Virus record (IMG/VR): IMGVR_UViG_3300021431_000086
Coordinates: 32,001-96,000 of that record
Direction: 5' to 3' (one strand)
DNA length: 64,000 nucleotides
Source of the DNA: a virus
Taxonomy: Duplodnaviria; Caudoviricetes
A program made the position numbers and the translations under genes. Numbering within the stretch: the stretch's first letter is position 1; each line of letters begins with the position of its first letter. The notes below the pieces were generated by a model that searched no databases, was not told where the DNA came from, and saw nothing but the letters and a program-made list of their open reading frames with translations. Positions 19,012 to 29,319 of this stretch are shown in pieces.

Positions 19012-19049
19012 TTGCCCTTGACCCAAGAAGGCACTATCAGTATCTTCGC
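19012..19049 (+). promoter_or_regulatory. late-promoter-like motif copy 5 (capsid)
   Basis: TTGCCCTTGA-N19-TATCTTCGC. Confidence 0.75.
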
Positions 19050-19157
19050 AGTATCAGAGTTTTCGGAGTATTCCGAGTAATCAGAGGACTCCGAATAATC
19101 AGAAAGAAACACACGACACAAACACAAGTATTCACCCCTTAACACACAAACACAATT

Positions 19158-20585
19158 ATGGCTTACGCACTTTCTGTAGCACAGATCACTTCCGTCAAGG
19201 AACAGATCCACCCCGAGCTGGTAGCCAAGGCCTACCTGCTCACCGACTCCATGTTTGAGGACCTGGGCGTGAAGGTGACAACCGATGTGGAGAACATCGA
19301 CACCTGTTACCTCTTCAACCGCAAGGGTCTTCAGGCCCGCCCCTACGTCGTCGGCAACGTGAAGGACAGCGAACTGGGCAAGTTCGTTGACAACCCCGCC
19401 AAGGTGGAGAAGATTTATCTCCACACTGCCGACTCCATCGAGCGTTATACTGAGAAGGGACCCTTCGATGTGACTAACGTAGCCGAGAGCGCAGAGCACA
19501 CCACCTTCCTGCTGAACGAACTTTCGGGTCGCCTCGCCGAGGACACCCGTGCCAACTTCTTCTTCGGCAGCCTCGCCAACCGCAAGTTGGAGGAGAGTCA
19601 GGAGAACGCTGTAAGGAACGGCCTCGCCCTTTTCGATGGTGTCTATACCATCATCGCCAAGCGCCGTACCGACGGCACCATCAGCAAGCAGAACGGCAAC
19701 CTCATTGAGACTGGCGACATCGCCGGACTGGAGGCTGACCAGGTTTACGAACTGCTCACAACCTTCTACGGCGGCCTTTCCGCTGCGCTGAAGAAACCTG
19801 AGCGGACAATCTTCATCTACGCCTCTGACGAGTTCTGCCGCAAGGCCGTGAAGGGCTACATGCTCACCTATCCACAGATTGCTCCCACCGTGCTGCAGGC
19901 CGGCTGGAAGTTCGCCGAAATGCCTAACGTGGTGCTGAAGACCAACTCCGCTATGGGTAAGGGCGGACAGCTCATCGCAACCCTGGAGGGGAACATCGAG
20001 TTCCTGTGTGACAACCGCGAGAATGCCGCACTCATCAGCATCGGCCAGGTGAACAAGGACCTCCGCGTCTTCGACTACCAGGCCAACGGTCGTGCCACTG
20101 TCCGCATCCGCGACTTCAGTCCGGAGGTGTTCGCAACCAACGATGCCGTGAACACCTACACCGATCTGCCTGTAGGCGACTACATCGCCAACATCTTCAC
20201 CGCAACAAGCGCGAACGAGAAGATGGGCACGGTGGCTATCACCAGCGGACAGAAGGACCTCTACGACGAGGGCGATGTCATCACCGTGAAGGCCACTCCG
20301 AAGACGGGCTACGTCTTCATCGGCTGGAGCGACGGTGGCAAGACAGAAACCTACAACTACACCTTCACGGGTGGCGTTGTTGACCTGCAGGCCCGCTTCA
20401 CCGAGGAAGTGCCTGAGAACGGCAACGAAGGTGGCGGCAGCGCCGAGACTCCCACCTACACAGCCGTAGAGAACCCCTCTGGCAACCCCGCTGAGCAGGG
20501 CTGGTATGAGAAGAGCGGCGACGTGTATTCTCTGACTGAGGACACCGAGGTAGAGTCTGGCAAGACCTACTACGAGAAGGACTAA
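19158..20585 (+). CDS. major capsid protein with C-terminal InlB-B/Ig-like extension
   Basis: Follows the protease; strong codon bias; LFDG..TII motif; tail 'MGTV...EGDVITVKATPKTGYVFIGWSDG'. Confidence 0.75.
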   Translation: MAYALSVAQITSVKEQIHPELVAKAYLLTDSMFEDLGVKVTTDVENIDTCYLFNRKGLQARPYVVGNVKDSELGKFVDNPAKVEKIYLHTADSIERYTEKGPFDVTNVAESAEHTTFLLNELSGRLAEDTRANFFFGSLANRKLEESQENAVRNGLALFDGVYTIIAKRRTDGTISKQNGNLIETGDIAGLEADQVYELLTTFYGGLSAALKKPERTIFIYASDEFCRKAVKGYMLTYPQIAPTVLQAGWKFAEMPNVVLKTNSAMGKGGQLIATLEGNIEFLCDNRENAALISIGQVNKDLRVFDYQANGRATVRIRDFSPEVFATNDAVNTYTDLPVGDYIANIFTATSANEKMGTVAITSGQKDLYDEGDVITVKATPKTGYVFIGWSDGGKTETYNYTFTGGVVDLQARFTEEVPENGNEGGGSAETPTYTAVENPSGNPAEQGWYEKSGDVYSLTEDTEVESGKTYYEKD

Positions 20586-20717
20586 GCGCTATCGGAGGTG
20601 CGCGGCGGCTGGGTCCATATCGCCGCCTGGCCGCCGCCCTCTGATTTGAGGTTGCGACCGAATCGCAACAAACGAAAAAACAGTCACAACACTAACACAA
20701 ATAACACACAAACAGAT

Positions 20718-21335
20718 ATGGCTTGCATTCTTAAAAACGTAATCTCCTCGGCAGCAGGCTGCAAGGAGAACCCAGCAGGTCTTTCCAACTACTGCATGGT
20801 AGTGCCACTGGATAGCGACCACATCACCACCATCGGTGTGAACGATGCCAAGAACCAGTACGTCATCACACCTGCTGGCGGAACTACAGGAACACCTGCA
20901 ACCGCTCTGAAAGGATTCCGCATCGAGTTCAAGGGCCAGACTGGTCAAGTAACTTCTGAGGACAACGGCGGCGGCAAGGGCTGGACAGTCACCGGCACTG
21001 GCCGCGTGGAGAAGAACACCGACGACATGGCCTACGTCGGCCGCATTCTGAGCAACATGGACGGTAAGTACCTCGTATTCTTCCCGACCGGCAACATCGC
21101 CGAGGATGGTGCTGAATGGCTCGTCGTCGGTAACCCCTTCGGCGACTCCGAGTTCACCGTCACGAGTGACACAGGTGCGGCACGCGGTGACGACCACGGA
21201 CAGACCTTCCAAGTAGTGAACAGTTACCAGCTCTATCCAGAGGTGAAATGGTACGGAACCATCACCAAGGAGGCCGATCCAGAATCTGCTGCGCTTGTTG
21301 ACGACACCAGCGACAACATTACCATCACGGACTAA
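20718..21335 (+). CDS. putative major tail (tube) protein
   Basis: 205 aa, MAC...C..NPAG N-terminus, beta-rich, DTG..RGDD; strong codon bias and A/C leader. Confidence 0.6.
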   Translation: MACILKNVISSAAGCKENPAGLSNYCMVVPLDSDHITTIGVNDAKNQYVITPAGGTTGTPATALKGFRIEFKGQTGQVTSEDNGGGKGWTVTGTGRVEKNTDDMAYVGRILSNMDGKYLVFFPTGNIAEDGAEWLVVGNPFGDSEFTVTSDTGAARGDDHGQTFQVVNSYQLYPEVKWYGTITKEADPESAALVDDTSDNITITD

Positions 21336-21358
21336 GCGATTGGTCTGTACACATAGCG

Positions 21359-21393
21359 AAGCCCAGGCACACACAGCGGCCTGGGCTTTGTTG
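21359..21393 (+). terminator. intrinsic terminator after the tail tube gene
   Basis: AAGCCCAGGC-N10-GCCTGGGCTT followed by TGTTG. Confidence 0.65.
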
Positions 21394-21436
21394 ATTTATA
21401 ATTTTTAATTCACAATTCATAATTCACGATTGAACA

Positions 21437-21952
21437 ATGCACTTGATTGAACCTTGCTGCACACCGAAACACCTGCTGGCTTTGCGCCATATCCTCGGTG
21501 AGAGCGGCACGACGCTATGGCACGGCTATGGCGACCTCTCTCTTGCCGAACTGCTGCCGCCGCTGCTGACGCGCTACAGCGAAGTGGAGATGCTGATGGT
21601 GACACCCTCGCTTCCCGATGCCGCCGCTGCGGTGGTGCGCAGGATGATGGAACAACAATACCCTACGCGTGACGGGAAGGGCATACTGAACACCATCCGT
21701 CACCTCATGCTCGTCTGCGACTGCTCGGAGAAGCGATCGCCTCTGGCATCAACATGGTTGAAGAAGAACCCTTTTCCCGACCGCCTGACACTGAAAAACG
21801 TCCAGCAAAACGACACGGCCATTATTCTGCCCGACATTGCGCTATGTGGGCCCATCAACCTGACCTATGGCGGTCATTTCACGGCAATGGCCACAAAAAA
21901 TACGAGGACAATAACTTCCTTGCGCTCGACATTCAGCAGACTTCCAAAATGA
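21437..21952 (+). CDS. hypothetical protein, possibly a degenerate PLD-like fold
   Basis: 171 aa; C-terminal 'IALCGPINLT' resembles the GSxNLT of PLD-like domains but there is no HxK. Confidence 0.55.
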   Translation: MHLIEPCCTPKHLLALRHILGESGTTLWHGYGDLSLAELLPPLLTRYSEVEMLMVTPSLPDAAAAVVRRMMEQQYPTRDGKGILNTIRHLMLVCDCSEKRSPLASTWLKKNPFPDRLTLKNVQQNDTAIILPDIALCGPINLTYGGHFTAMATKNTRTITSLRSTFSRLPK

Positions 21953-22092
21953 ATCCAGTGCCATCACACGGTAGTTATTGCCCTCTTTGCGTTCATTACA
22001 TACTTGCCTTGCATGAGCAGCACAGCAGGGCAATGATAATTACGCACAACACTGTAAACAGCAGTCCTTTCTTGTCTCCTTTTTTCATCTTC

Positions 22093-22527
22093 CTACTTGT
22101 ATAAGTATAGAACCTGATTCTTCTTCGTGGCCATCGGAAGACTGACATGAATCCATGAAGGCTCATCCACATTACCGTATTCCCAAATAAGTTGGCCCAC
22201 GACAATTTTCTTCTCACGAATAAGGCGGAGAATAAGGCGGAATAGATATGCCTTGCTTGTATGCGTACACTTGATGTCTGCGGCGCAGCCTGTAAGGTGC
22301 TGGCTTGTCTTTGACCCGTTAACGGCCTTATTCAATGCAGCGCAACGATAGCCCGATGTTACCTTGATGGGATGCCCATAGGCATTGCGTATGGGTTGCA
22401 ACACCTTCTTCGCGAGCATCTGTAGGTTCTGCTGTACAATAGGCGAGGGATAGTTGTCAATGCCCTTCCTCGCTGCCGTGCTGGAGGCGTACAATTCCTC
22501 CAATGTAAAATTTTCAGAAAGTTTCAT
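22093..22527 (-). CDS. peptidase M15 endolysin
   Basis: LSENFTLEE, PIKVTSGYRC..LNKAVNGS.TSQH..G.AADI, WIHVS are M15 zinc-peptidase motifs. Confidence 0.9.
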   Translation of the reverse strand: MKLSENFTLEELYASSTAARKGIDNYPSPIVQQNLQMLAKKVLQPIRNAYGHPIKVTSGYRCAALNKAVNGSKTSQHLTGCAADIKCTHTSKAYLFRLILRLIREKKIVVGQLIWEYGNVDEPSWIHVSLPMATKKNQVLYLYK

Positions 22528-22530
22528 TGC

Positions 22531-22626
22531 CTATTTCTTTTTTTTATTGAATTTCCACTCCGAACATACAAACCGCCCGAATATGACGGCGGCGTATATT
22601 ATTAACAATAGTAAAACAGCTTTCAT
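22531..22626 (-). CDS. small single-TM peptide (MKAVLLLLIIYAAVIFG...), lysis-cassette candidate
   Basis: Read by hand: 31 aa, hydrophobic core with a basic tail, directly upstream of the endolysin. Confidence 0.4.
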   Translation of the reverse strand: MKAVLLLLIIYAAVIFGRFVCSEWKFNKKKK

Positions 22627-22660
22627 AATTCTTTCTATGCTTGACTTACCGTTTCACTAT

Positions 22661-22885
22661 TCACTTCATAATAAGATACAGAACCAGCGCATTGACCACT
22701 GCCCCGGCACCAGAGCATAGGGAGTACCTGTAGAGGTCGTCAGCCTCTATCTGAAACCCACCTTTCTTGCTCTGCCACTGCTCCCTCAGGGCCATGACCA
22801 TCATACCAAGGCCACTGAACAACACTCCCAACACAAAGGCAAGCACCATACCCACCTTGTTCCTTAAATCACGATTGTACTTCAT
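22661..22885 (-). CDS. putative holin / small membrane protein
   Basis: 74 aa from MKYNRD, two hydrophobic segments, near the endolysin. Confidence 0.5.
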   Translation of the reverse strand: MKYNRDLRNKVGMVLAFVLGVLFSGLGMMVMALREQWQSKKGGFQIEADDLYRYSLCSGAGAVVNALVLYLIMK

Positions 22886-23147
22886 TGTCTTCAATATTTT
22901 CAAATTCGACATATTCTTCATTATCTTCACTTTCTTCCTCTGGGCAGTACCCCTCTGGAATGTCAATCTCTTCAAAGTCCTCTGGAACGTCCTTGTGAGG
23001 CTCATCGAGTTTAACACCATCAATGTAGTAGGAGTAGCCAAGTGCTATCTCCTCCCCAAAGATTTCTTCCGTTCCCTTTCTCCTGAACACCTTGCCTTCA
23101 TCTGCCTTGATTAAGGTGTAGTCATAAGTTATTGTGTCTATTGTCAT
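22869..23147 (-). CDS. small tail-associated protein
   Basis: IKADEGKVF...IALG...EDFEEI; follows the LRR protein. Confidence 0.65.
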   Translation of the reverse strand: MTIDTITYDYTLIKADEGKVFRRKGTEEIFGEEIALGYSYYIDGVKLDEPHKDVPEDFEEIDIPEGYCPEEESEDNEEYVEFENIEDNEVQS

Positions 23148-23158
23148 AGTTATATGAA

Positions 23159-26100
23159 TTAAGCCGTTAAGTATTCTCCGTCACCTATATTAACTTTATT
23201 CCCGTTTACTTTCACATAAATAGTACCATTCTCTTCTTCAAATGTTGCTCCCACCATTTGGTTCTTCTTTGCCGCCCAGTTTGAAGCACCTTGGTAAGCT
23301 GATAAACTTGCCTCTGGGACATATATAGTACAATCCGAACGTACATATGATATGCTGGTTGAGCCACAAGAGGGAGGCGTTACTGCCTTAATAATAAAAT
23401 AGTTAAGAGAGGGGCAATCACGACCTATGGAATATTGATTGTTAATAGAGGTAATGCCTGTTCCGAGTACAATTTTCTCGCAAGCAGTTAAGTATCTAAG
23501 ACTATATGACCCAGTTGTCTGTAAACTATCAGGGAATTTAACTGATGTAAGGGATTCATAGTGTTGAAGAAGATAACTATAGCAAGATGTCATTCCTTCA
23601 GGAATCACCAAATCAAAAATTTCCTCTCCGTTCAAGTATAAGTGTTTAGATGTCGCTGTATTGCCAAATACACTTGAATTGCCACCATAGGATATTCTGC
23701 TCCACGCTCCTATATCACTAATATAAATATGTCTTATTGAAGTGCAGGATACAAAAGCCCTATCTCGTATGTGAGTAAGGCCCGTTCCCAGTGAAATGGA
23801 ATGAATATTTGAGCATCCACTAAAAGCTCCAACATTAATTTCTGTAACATTGTCGTGAAGCACGACATTTGTCAGCCCCAGACAGTTAACAAAACTTGCC
23901 TGATTAATACCGTTTTTTGTAGAAGGACATATAAACTCTGTTAGTTCTTCTCCTCCGACATATAAATGCTTTGCATATTGTAGAGGATTAGACCCGTTGG
24001 CTTCTCCACCCCAACTTATTTTTACCCAATCCTCAATGCTGGGAACATCAACTCTTTCCAACGACGTACACTGATAGAAAGCATACATAGTGACAAAGGT
24101 TAGTCCTGTGCCAAATTTAACACTTTTAAGTGAAGTACAAGATTGAAATGCGCCTTGCCCAATAGAACCAAGGCTATCGGGAATCTCTATCGCCTCTAAA
24201 GAAGAGCAACCCATGAAGGAATACCCCATCACTGTCAGACTTGGGGGTAGTTTTACAGATTTAAGATTTGTACATCCTCTAAATGTTGCTTCAGATGCAG
24301 TGGAACCCAGACTGGTAATATTTGTAAAATACTGTAACTCGTCAAAAGAGGTTACAAGGGTCTGGTAAGTTGTATCTTGTAGGGTTGCGAATCTGCCTGT
24401 TGGAGTCAATGCAGATTCTGCCAAAAATGCTCCAAGGAAGGTAGTAGATACCCAACTGTCATTCTCATCGTACTCATCGTAGCGAGAATACAGCTTCCCC
24501 TGTGCAATAAGTGTTTCTTCCTGAGCATCGGAATCCGCCAGTGAAGACGTGACAGTAATGTTCGTATCATCCGACTGGTACCTCTCCATGCAAATCTTGT
24601 GCATCACGGGGTCCTTAAATTTGATGTAATACAGTGAGACATTAAGGTTGAACCGGGCAAACATGTCTTGATTTTGGATATATCCCCAGTCAAGCCTTCC
24701 GCTCAGAGAGGGCAACCCTGAGAACAGGTTATACACATCTCCCTCTTCCGTATAGCCCACATATCCGTACAGGGCCGGAGTTTCTTCCAGAGAGGCGAAG
24801 AATGATGCCAGGACATCCATCTGCTGTACCGTAGCAGTAATGTCAAGTCCCAAGGCTGTGATGTAATAGACCAGTGTGCTGCCATTCTCCCTTGCTGCCA
24901 TGATATTGCCAAGCAGGTCCCAGAAGAGGTCAGTCACATTGACATTGGGACAGTCTGCAAGGTAGAATCTCTGAATATTGGTTGTACCCTCTGTGGTCAG
25001 GGTGGAAAGTCTGGGAAGTGTGTTCAGGTACAGGGACTGCAATGTGGCAGGCAGGGTCAGAGTCTCAATCCTTGAACCCTTGGCAAGATTGAGGGATGGA
25101 ATGGATGTGCCCGAAAGATATACCTCACGGATTCTGGGGCAAGTGCGTAAGTCAATATTCCGGTTAAGGCTGACTACATTCCTTGCGTCCACAGTAAGGA
25201 GGGAATAGCAGTTGGACAAGGTTATCTCCACAGCGTTGAAGGTAACTGTGCCTGATTCCTTGCCCACAGTAAGTGTCTGTAACCTATCTGACGACACGCT
25301 GAAAGTAATGCCCACAGAGGCATCCCCACCACGGTTGCCAAGAAGCATACCAGACAAGTCTCCGAGGTCCCTGAGATAATTCATCCCATGCAGATAGTTC
25401 GTGGTATCTCCACCCGTGGGGACAGTGACACTGACTGTCTCACCTGCCATGATTTTGGTGGCAGTGGCGGGGTAGTTAGCACTGGCCAGAGACACTACGG
25501 GGTAGTAATTGATGGCAGGAGTAAGGTTGAAGGTAAAGCTCTGTGCAAGTGTGAACTCTGCATTGCCAAACCCTCTGGTATCACCCGACATGCCAGTGAG
25601 GCGATACTTGGCATAGATATAGGCCAGTCGCTTTGTCACCCATTCCCTCTCACATTCGTACTGGTCTCCAAGAGCCTGTGTCAGGGGAGCCACATTATTA
25701 TAGGTAGCAGCAGCATCCTCAACCCAAGGTACTATATACTTAAACTCTCGGTCAAAGTTATATCCGTTTATTCCAAAGTATTGGGCAGACTGCTTCCAGA
25801 AATAGTAGTCTATAAGGTTGAACTCATGCTGCCAGGTGTTGCCTATGGCAATACCCAATGAAGCAGCCATGGCACTTATGGCCGCAGTCATCCTTGACAT
25901 CATGCTCTGAATCTCGGTCTGAAGGAACTCACGCACCAAAACCCACAGGGCACTGTTGCCTCCCTGGAATATCTCCACACCTGCTACCGTGTCCCCATGT
26001 TCTATGTCATAGGGCTTAGTCTGGTTGCCATTGTTATCCGTCTTAAAAAGGGTGTCCATGTCATCTTCTCTCCATGCCCAGAGACCCCCATTATCTGTTA

Positions 26101-29100
26101 GTTTATACTTGACAGGATAACTGTTCTTTGCAAAGTTATCTGAGACACCATACCTCACACAATAGCACCAGTGATACACCAGCCAGTCTTTGCTAAAGTG
26201 CCCATCACTCTCCACATTAGCGGCAAAGTTTGCTCCTCTCGCGGCAATGATTTCTGCCTGCGTGGGAGAACCTGTAAGACTAAGGTAGGTCTTTATGTTA
26301 TGGCTACAGCTGACATAGATGCCATTGGCGAAGCCGTATAGATTATAGGAGGAGTCATATACCTGTACAAGCTGGTTACTGATGGTGACAGTCCTTCCAT
26401 TTAGGACTATGGTGGAAGTTCCCTTACGGAAGTTCTCAATATCACTGTTCAAGGCCCCTATACTTGCATAGCCCGTACTGCCCAGAGGAACTACATAGGG
26501 AGAGTTGTAGAACACAAAGTCATAAGAGGGCTTCCACTCACTTGTTGCCAAGGCAAGGATAGCACTCTCATCTGAAGTCTCATCTGTGCCATAGTCACCT
26601 GCCACAGATACTTCCCAGCCCTGTTCTCCATTGAAGAGAATCTTCTCCTTGACAGCCTTCTCCCCGCTTGCACTGTATGTAACATTGCTACTCAGCCAAG
26701 GAGTGAGGAACCGCGTGCCCAAGGGAGCATGGTTAGGACCTTCAAGGCTAAGAAGGGAAGAATAGGCATCAGTGTCAAAGTCGAAGGTTCCCTTATCCCC
26801 CTTATCAGGGCCCACCGTGAACAGTCCGATGAAAGTGTAACTGCCGTCATTGCTGTTGTACTGGAAACCAAAGAAGGGATGCTGATAAATGGCAGCTCTT
26901 GCACTTGATGGGATAGTATTCTCGCTGAACAGTCCCAACTGTGCTGCCAAGTCATTGTAGAGGCCGCAGGCACCCATCTTATGTCCCTGCATGGAAGAAG
27001 CATAGTTGGTCTTGGCCACAATTTTCTGAACCTTCGGATGGTTGTTCTCTCCATCAAACCAACCAGTCCTTGTGGTGTCTGCCAGACCGCTTGCCTCTGA
27101 ATAGTGCCAGATACTCGCAGGAGTACCCTTTGAAGCATCTGCCTTGGCAAGTTTCCATCTGAGGTTCCAACGGTAGTACATCATAGAAGTTGTGCCCTGA
27201 CCGTCAATAGGAGCATCTGTAATATAGACATTCCACTCAGGATGCTTGGCATACTCAAAGCGAAGGTTTGACATGCCCGCACCTTGGTTAAGCACACTGG
27301 GCAGATTGCCGCTTGTCATTTCCACAACCATGGTATTGAATCCTGCCCTCTTAACAAGGTCATAGGAAACAGCCGTACCATCTACAATATCATTCTTGGC
27401 AGCAACCTCACTCCTTATAAACTCTGCCCCGTCTATCATGGCATTGAGATAGTTGTTCTTAACCTGGTCTCCTTCAAGTGCCTTGTTATAGGCTCTTGCC
27501 ATATAGAGATAGGTATCTGTAAAGTTCTGCCCAATTTCCAGTTCGCCATGTCCCCATGTTGCCCCACCGTCATAGGCGAATGTAATATTGTTTACACCAT
27601 TGATATATACAGTACACAGGTGGTGGGCGCCATCATTCTTACCTGCATAGTTGCGCTGCCACACAACAGTAAGATGGGTGATGGTATTCTCTTTATACTG
27701 AACCGTCTTTGACTGGTTGGCAGAGTTGGTTATCTCTATGGATGTCGGGTACACCTTCAGGCCCTCAGTCCCATTGGAAATGGAAAGTATGGGAGAGTCA
27801 TAGTCCGATGGGTAGCCACTCTGAAGCATCATCTCAAGTGTGTAGCCAGTCCATACTGAGTCTTCAAGGTTAGGTATGAGATATATGGGCACACTGACAT
27901 GGGTGCCAGCTGGAACTACAAGGGAATAGAACCCGCGAAGGTCTCTGTACCAGGCATCGCGCGTAAAGGTAAACCCTGTCCATGTCGCCTCATACTCATC
28001 TCCATTCACAATGTTGACGAAGTTTTCCCTGTTCTCTTCACTGTTGTCCCGAAGTCCCGGCCGCATATAGAACCATGCGTCTGGAGTAGCTATGTAGGCA
28101 TGAGAGTTGTCAACGGGAATTGTGGTCTCTTCTGTGTTGTCTGTTGCTTCTGCTGAGACATTTAGGCTCAGGCCACTTGAGGCTTCGCTATCATAGTCAA
28201 GTGAAAGGGTATAGGTATATTGTGTCTCTGCATTGGCCACGGTAAGCAACTGGTCAGTAATGATGCTTGTAGTCTTGCCTGCGTTTGCATCTGTAAGGGT
28301 AATATTAACAAGCACCGAGGTTGTGTTGTAGGTGGCATAGGAGAAGACAGGAGAAGTGGTGAAGTTCACAGCTGCCTCTGCCACATTGTTGATACATACA
28401 AGGGCCACACTGCCGACATCACTGGTCTCTATACACATGATATTGTAAGTATATCCAGAGAGAACCACATCATCACTACTCAACCATATATGGATAGCAT
28501 GAATCCCCGTGGTAAGGGGGAAGTCACTGCTGTCTATGGTCAGGGTAGTAGCAGTAGTGGTATAGGAAGTGTTGGAAGAATAGCTCTCAGTCACCACCTC
28601 CGTGCCATCGACGGCAATATGAACTGTTTTGGGAACATTGCCTGCAAAACGGATGTTGTTGATAACATAATCGCTACCCTGAATCCACGGAGTATTCCAT
28701 GTATGGGTAACTGTGAGGGAAAGGGAGGTGACAATGGCAGTATAGACATTAGTTTTCGTGGTGTTTGAAGTCTGACCAGTAACAGTTACCCTCACACGGT
28801 TGCTGCCTGTTGAAATAAAGGGACGGATGTCAAAAGTTGCCGTACCTCCATGTGCAAGTTCTCCCTCATATCTCTGGACATATCCATTGCCCGAATCTAT
28901 GGCAACAATATAATTGTAGTCTTCATTGACATCGGTATAGGTTTCCGAGCCTATCCTGCCTTCCTGTGTGGTGGCTGAAATGGTCATCAACCTTTCAGTT
29001 TCACTGGTAAGGACATAAAAACTGTTGCCGAGGTCATTGGTTATAGTGATTACATAAAGAGTGGAACTCAGGCTGATATTGAACAAGGGTGTAGTATCTC

Positions 29101-29308
29101 CCTCCTGCGCATAGAAGTTAAGCATCGTACCAGTAAACTCACCATAGCTGGGTTTAGTGGCAAGTCCTGACTGTAGGCTTGCAAGCCTTTCCTTAATATA
29201 TCTCTGTACACTCTCTCCACTGCAAGGCAGGTTATTGGTACTGGCGTCCCCTACAGCCCAATCCGTTTCCGCACTGGTTATTTCTCCATGAAAATAGTTC
29301 TTAGCCAT
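23159..29308 (-). CDS. giant virion protein: Ig/LamG-like N-terminus, CotH-kinase-like core, BspA-type LRR C-terminus
   Basis: About 2049 aa from MAKNYF; GQGTTS, DNFAKNSY, DDMDT; C-terminal F.GCT.LKSV.LP / IG..AF..CTSL repeats and PP...TIYVP..SL.AY...NW cap. Confidence 0.75.
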   Translation of the reverse strand: MAKNYFHGEITSAETDWAVGDASTNNLPCSGESVQRYIKERLASLQSGLATKPSYGEFTGTMLNFYAQEGDTTPLFNISLSSTLYVITITNDLGNSFYVLTSETERLMTISATTQEGRIGSETYTDVNEDYNYIVAIDSGNGYVQRYEGELAHGGTATFDIRPFISTGSNRVRVTVTGQTSNTTKTNVYTAIVTSLSLTVTHTWNTPWIQGSDYVINNIRFAGNVPKTVHIAVDGTEVVTESYSSNTSYTTTATTLTIDSSDFPLTTGIHAIHIWLSSDDVVLSGYTYNIMCIETSDVGSVALVCINNVAEAAVNFTTSPVFSYATYNTTSVLVNITLTDANAGKTTSIITDQLLTVANAETQYTYTLSLDYDSEASSGLSLNVSAEATDNTEETTIPVDNSHAYIATPDAWFYMRPGLRDNSEENRENFVNIVNGDEYEATWTGFTFTRDAWYRDLRGFYSLVVPAGTHVSVPIYLIPNLEDSVWTGYTLEMMLQSGYPSDYDSPILSISNGTEGLKVYPTSIEITNSANQSKTVQYKENTITHLTVVWQRNYAGKNDGAHHLCTVYINGVNNITFAYDGGATWGHGELEIGQNFTDTYLYMARAYNKALEGDQVKNNYLNAMIDGAEFIRSEVAAKNDIVDGTAVSYDLVKRAGFNTMVVEMTSGNLPSVLNQGAGMSNLRFEYAKHPEWNVYITDAPIDGQGTTSMMYYRWNLRWKLAKADASKGTPASIWHYSEASGLADTTRTGWFDGENNHPKVQKIVAKTNYASSMQGHKMGACGLYNDLAAQLGLFSENTIPSSARAAIYQHPFFGFQYNSNDGSYTFIGLFTVGPDKGDKGTFDFDTDAYSSLLSLEGPNHAPLGTRFLTPWLSSNVTYSASGEKAVKEKILFNGEQGWEVSVAGDYGTDETSDESAILALATSEWKPSYDFVFYNSPYVVPLGSTGYASIGALNSDIENFRKGTSTIVLNGRTVTISNQLVQVYDSSYNLYGFANGIYVSCSHNIKTYLSLTGSPTQAEIIAARGANFAANVESDGHFSKDWLVYHWCYCVRYGVSDNFAKNSYPVKYKLTDNGGLWAWREDDMDTLFKTDNNGNQTKPYDIEHGDTVAGVEIFQGGNSALWVLVREFLQTEIQSMMSRMTAAISAMAASLGIAIGNTWQHEFNLIDYYFWKQSAQYFGINGYNFDREFKYIVPWVEDAAATYNNVAPLTQALGDQYECEREWVTKRLAYIYAKYRLTGMSGDTRGFGNAEFTLAQSFTFNLTPAINYYPVVSLASANYPATATKIMAGETVSVTVPTGGDTTNYLHGMNYLRDLGDLSGMLLGNRGGDASVGITFSVSSDRLQTLTVGKESGTVTFNAVEITLSNCYSLLTVDARNVVSLNRNIDLRTCPRIREVYLSGTSIPSLNLAKGSRIETLTLPATLQSLYLNTLPRLSTLTTEGTTNIQRFYLADCPNVNVTDLFWDLLGNIMAARENGSTLVYYITALGLDITATVQQMDVLASFFASLEETPALYGYVGYTEEGDVYNLFSGLPSLSGRLDWGYIQNQDMFARFNLNVSLYYIKFKDPVMHKICMERYQSDDTNITVTSSLADSDAQEETLIAQGKLYSRYDEYDENDSWVSTTFLGAFLAESALTPTGRFATLQDTTYQTLVTSFDELQYFTNITSLGSTASEATFRGCTNLKSVKLPPSLTVMGYSFMGCSSLEAIEIPDSLGSIGQGAFQSCTSLKSVKFGTGLTFVTMYAFYQCTSLERVDVPSIEDWVKISWGGEANGSNPLQYAKHLYVGGEELTEFICPSTKNGINQASFVNCLGLTNVVLHDNVTEINVGAFSGCSNIHSISLGTGLTHIRDRAFVSCTSIRHIYISDIGAWSRISYGGNSSVFGNTATSKHLYLNGEEIFDLVIPEGMTSCYSYLLQHYESLTSVKFPDSLQTTGSYSLRYLTACEKIVLGTGITSINNQYSIGRDCPSLNYFIIKAVTPPSCGSTSISYVRSDCTIYVPEASLSAYQGASNWAAKKNQMVGATFEEENGTIYVKVNGNKVNIGDGEYLTA

Positions 29309-29319
29309 AGCCTTTAGTT

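Noticed and set aside
6895-19103. CRISPR array
   Set aside because: The repeats are 7-9-bp tandem units without unique spacers, and no cas genes are present.
21996-22088. Possible spanin lipoprotein (MKKGDKK...LLCCSC) after the endolysin
   Set aside because: A lipobox-like signal is present but the ORF stops four residues after the Cys, too short to support the call.
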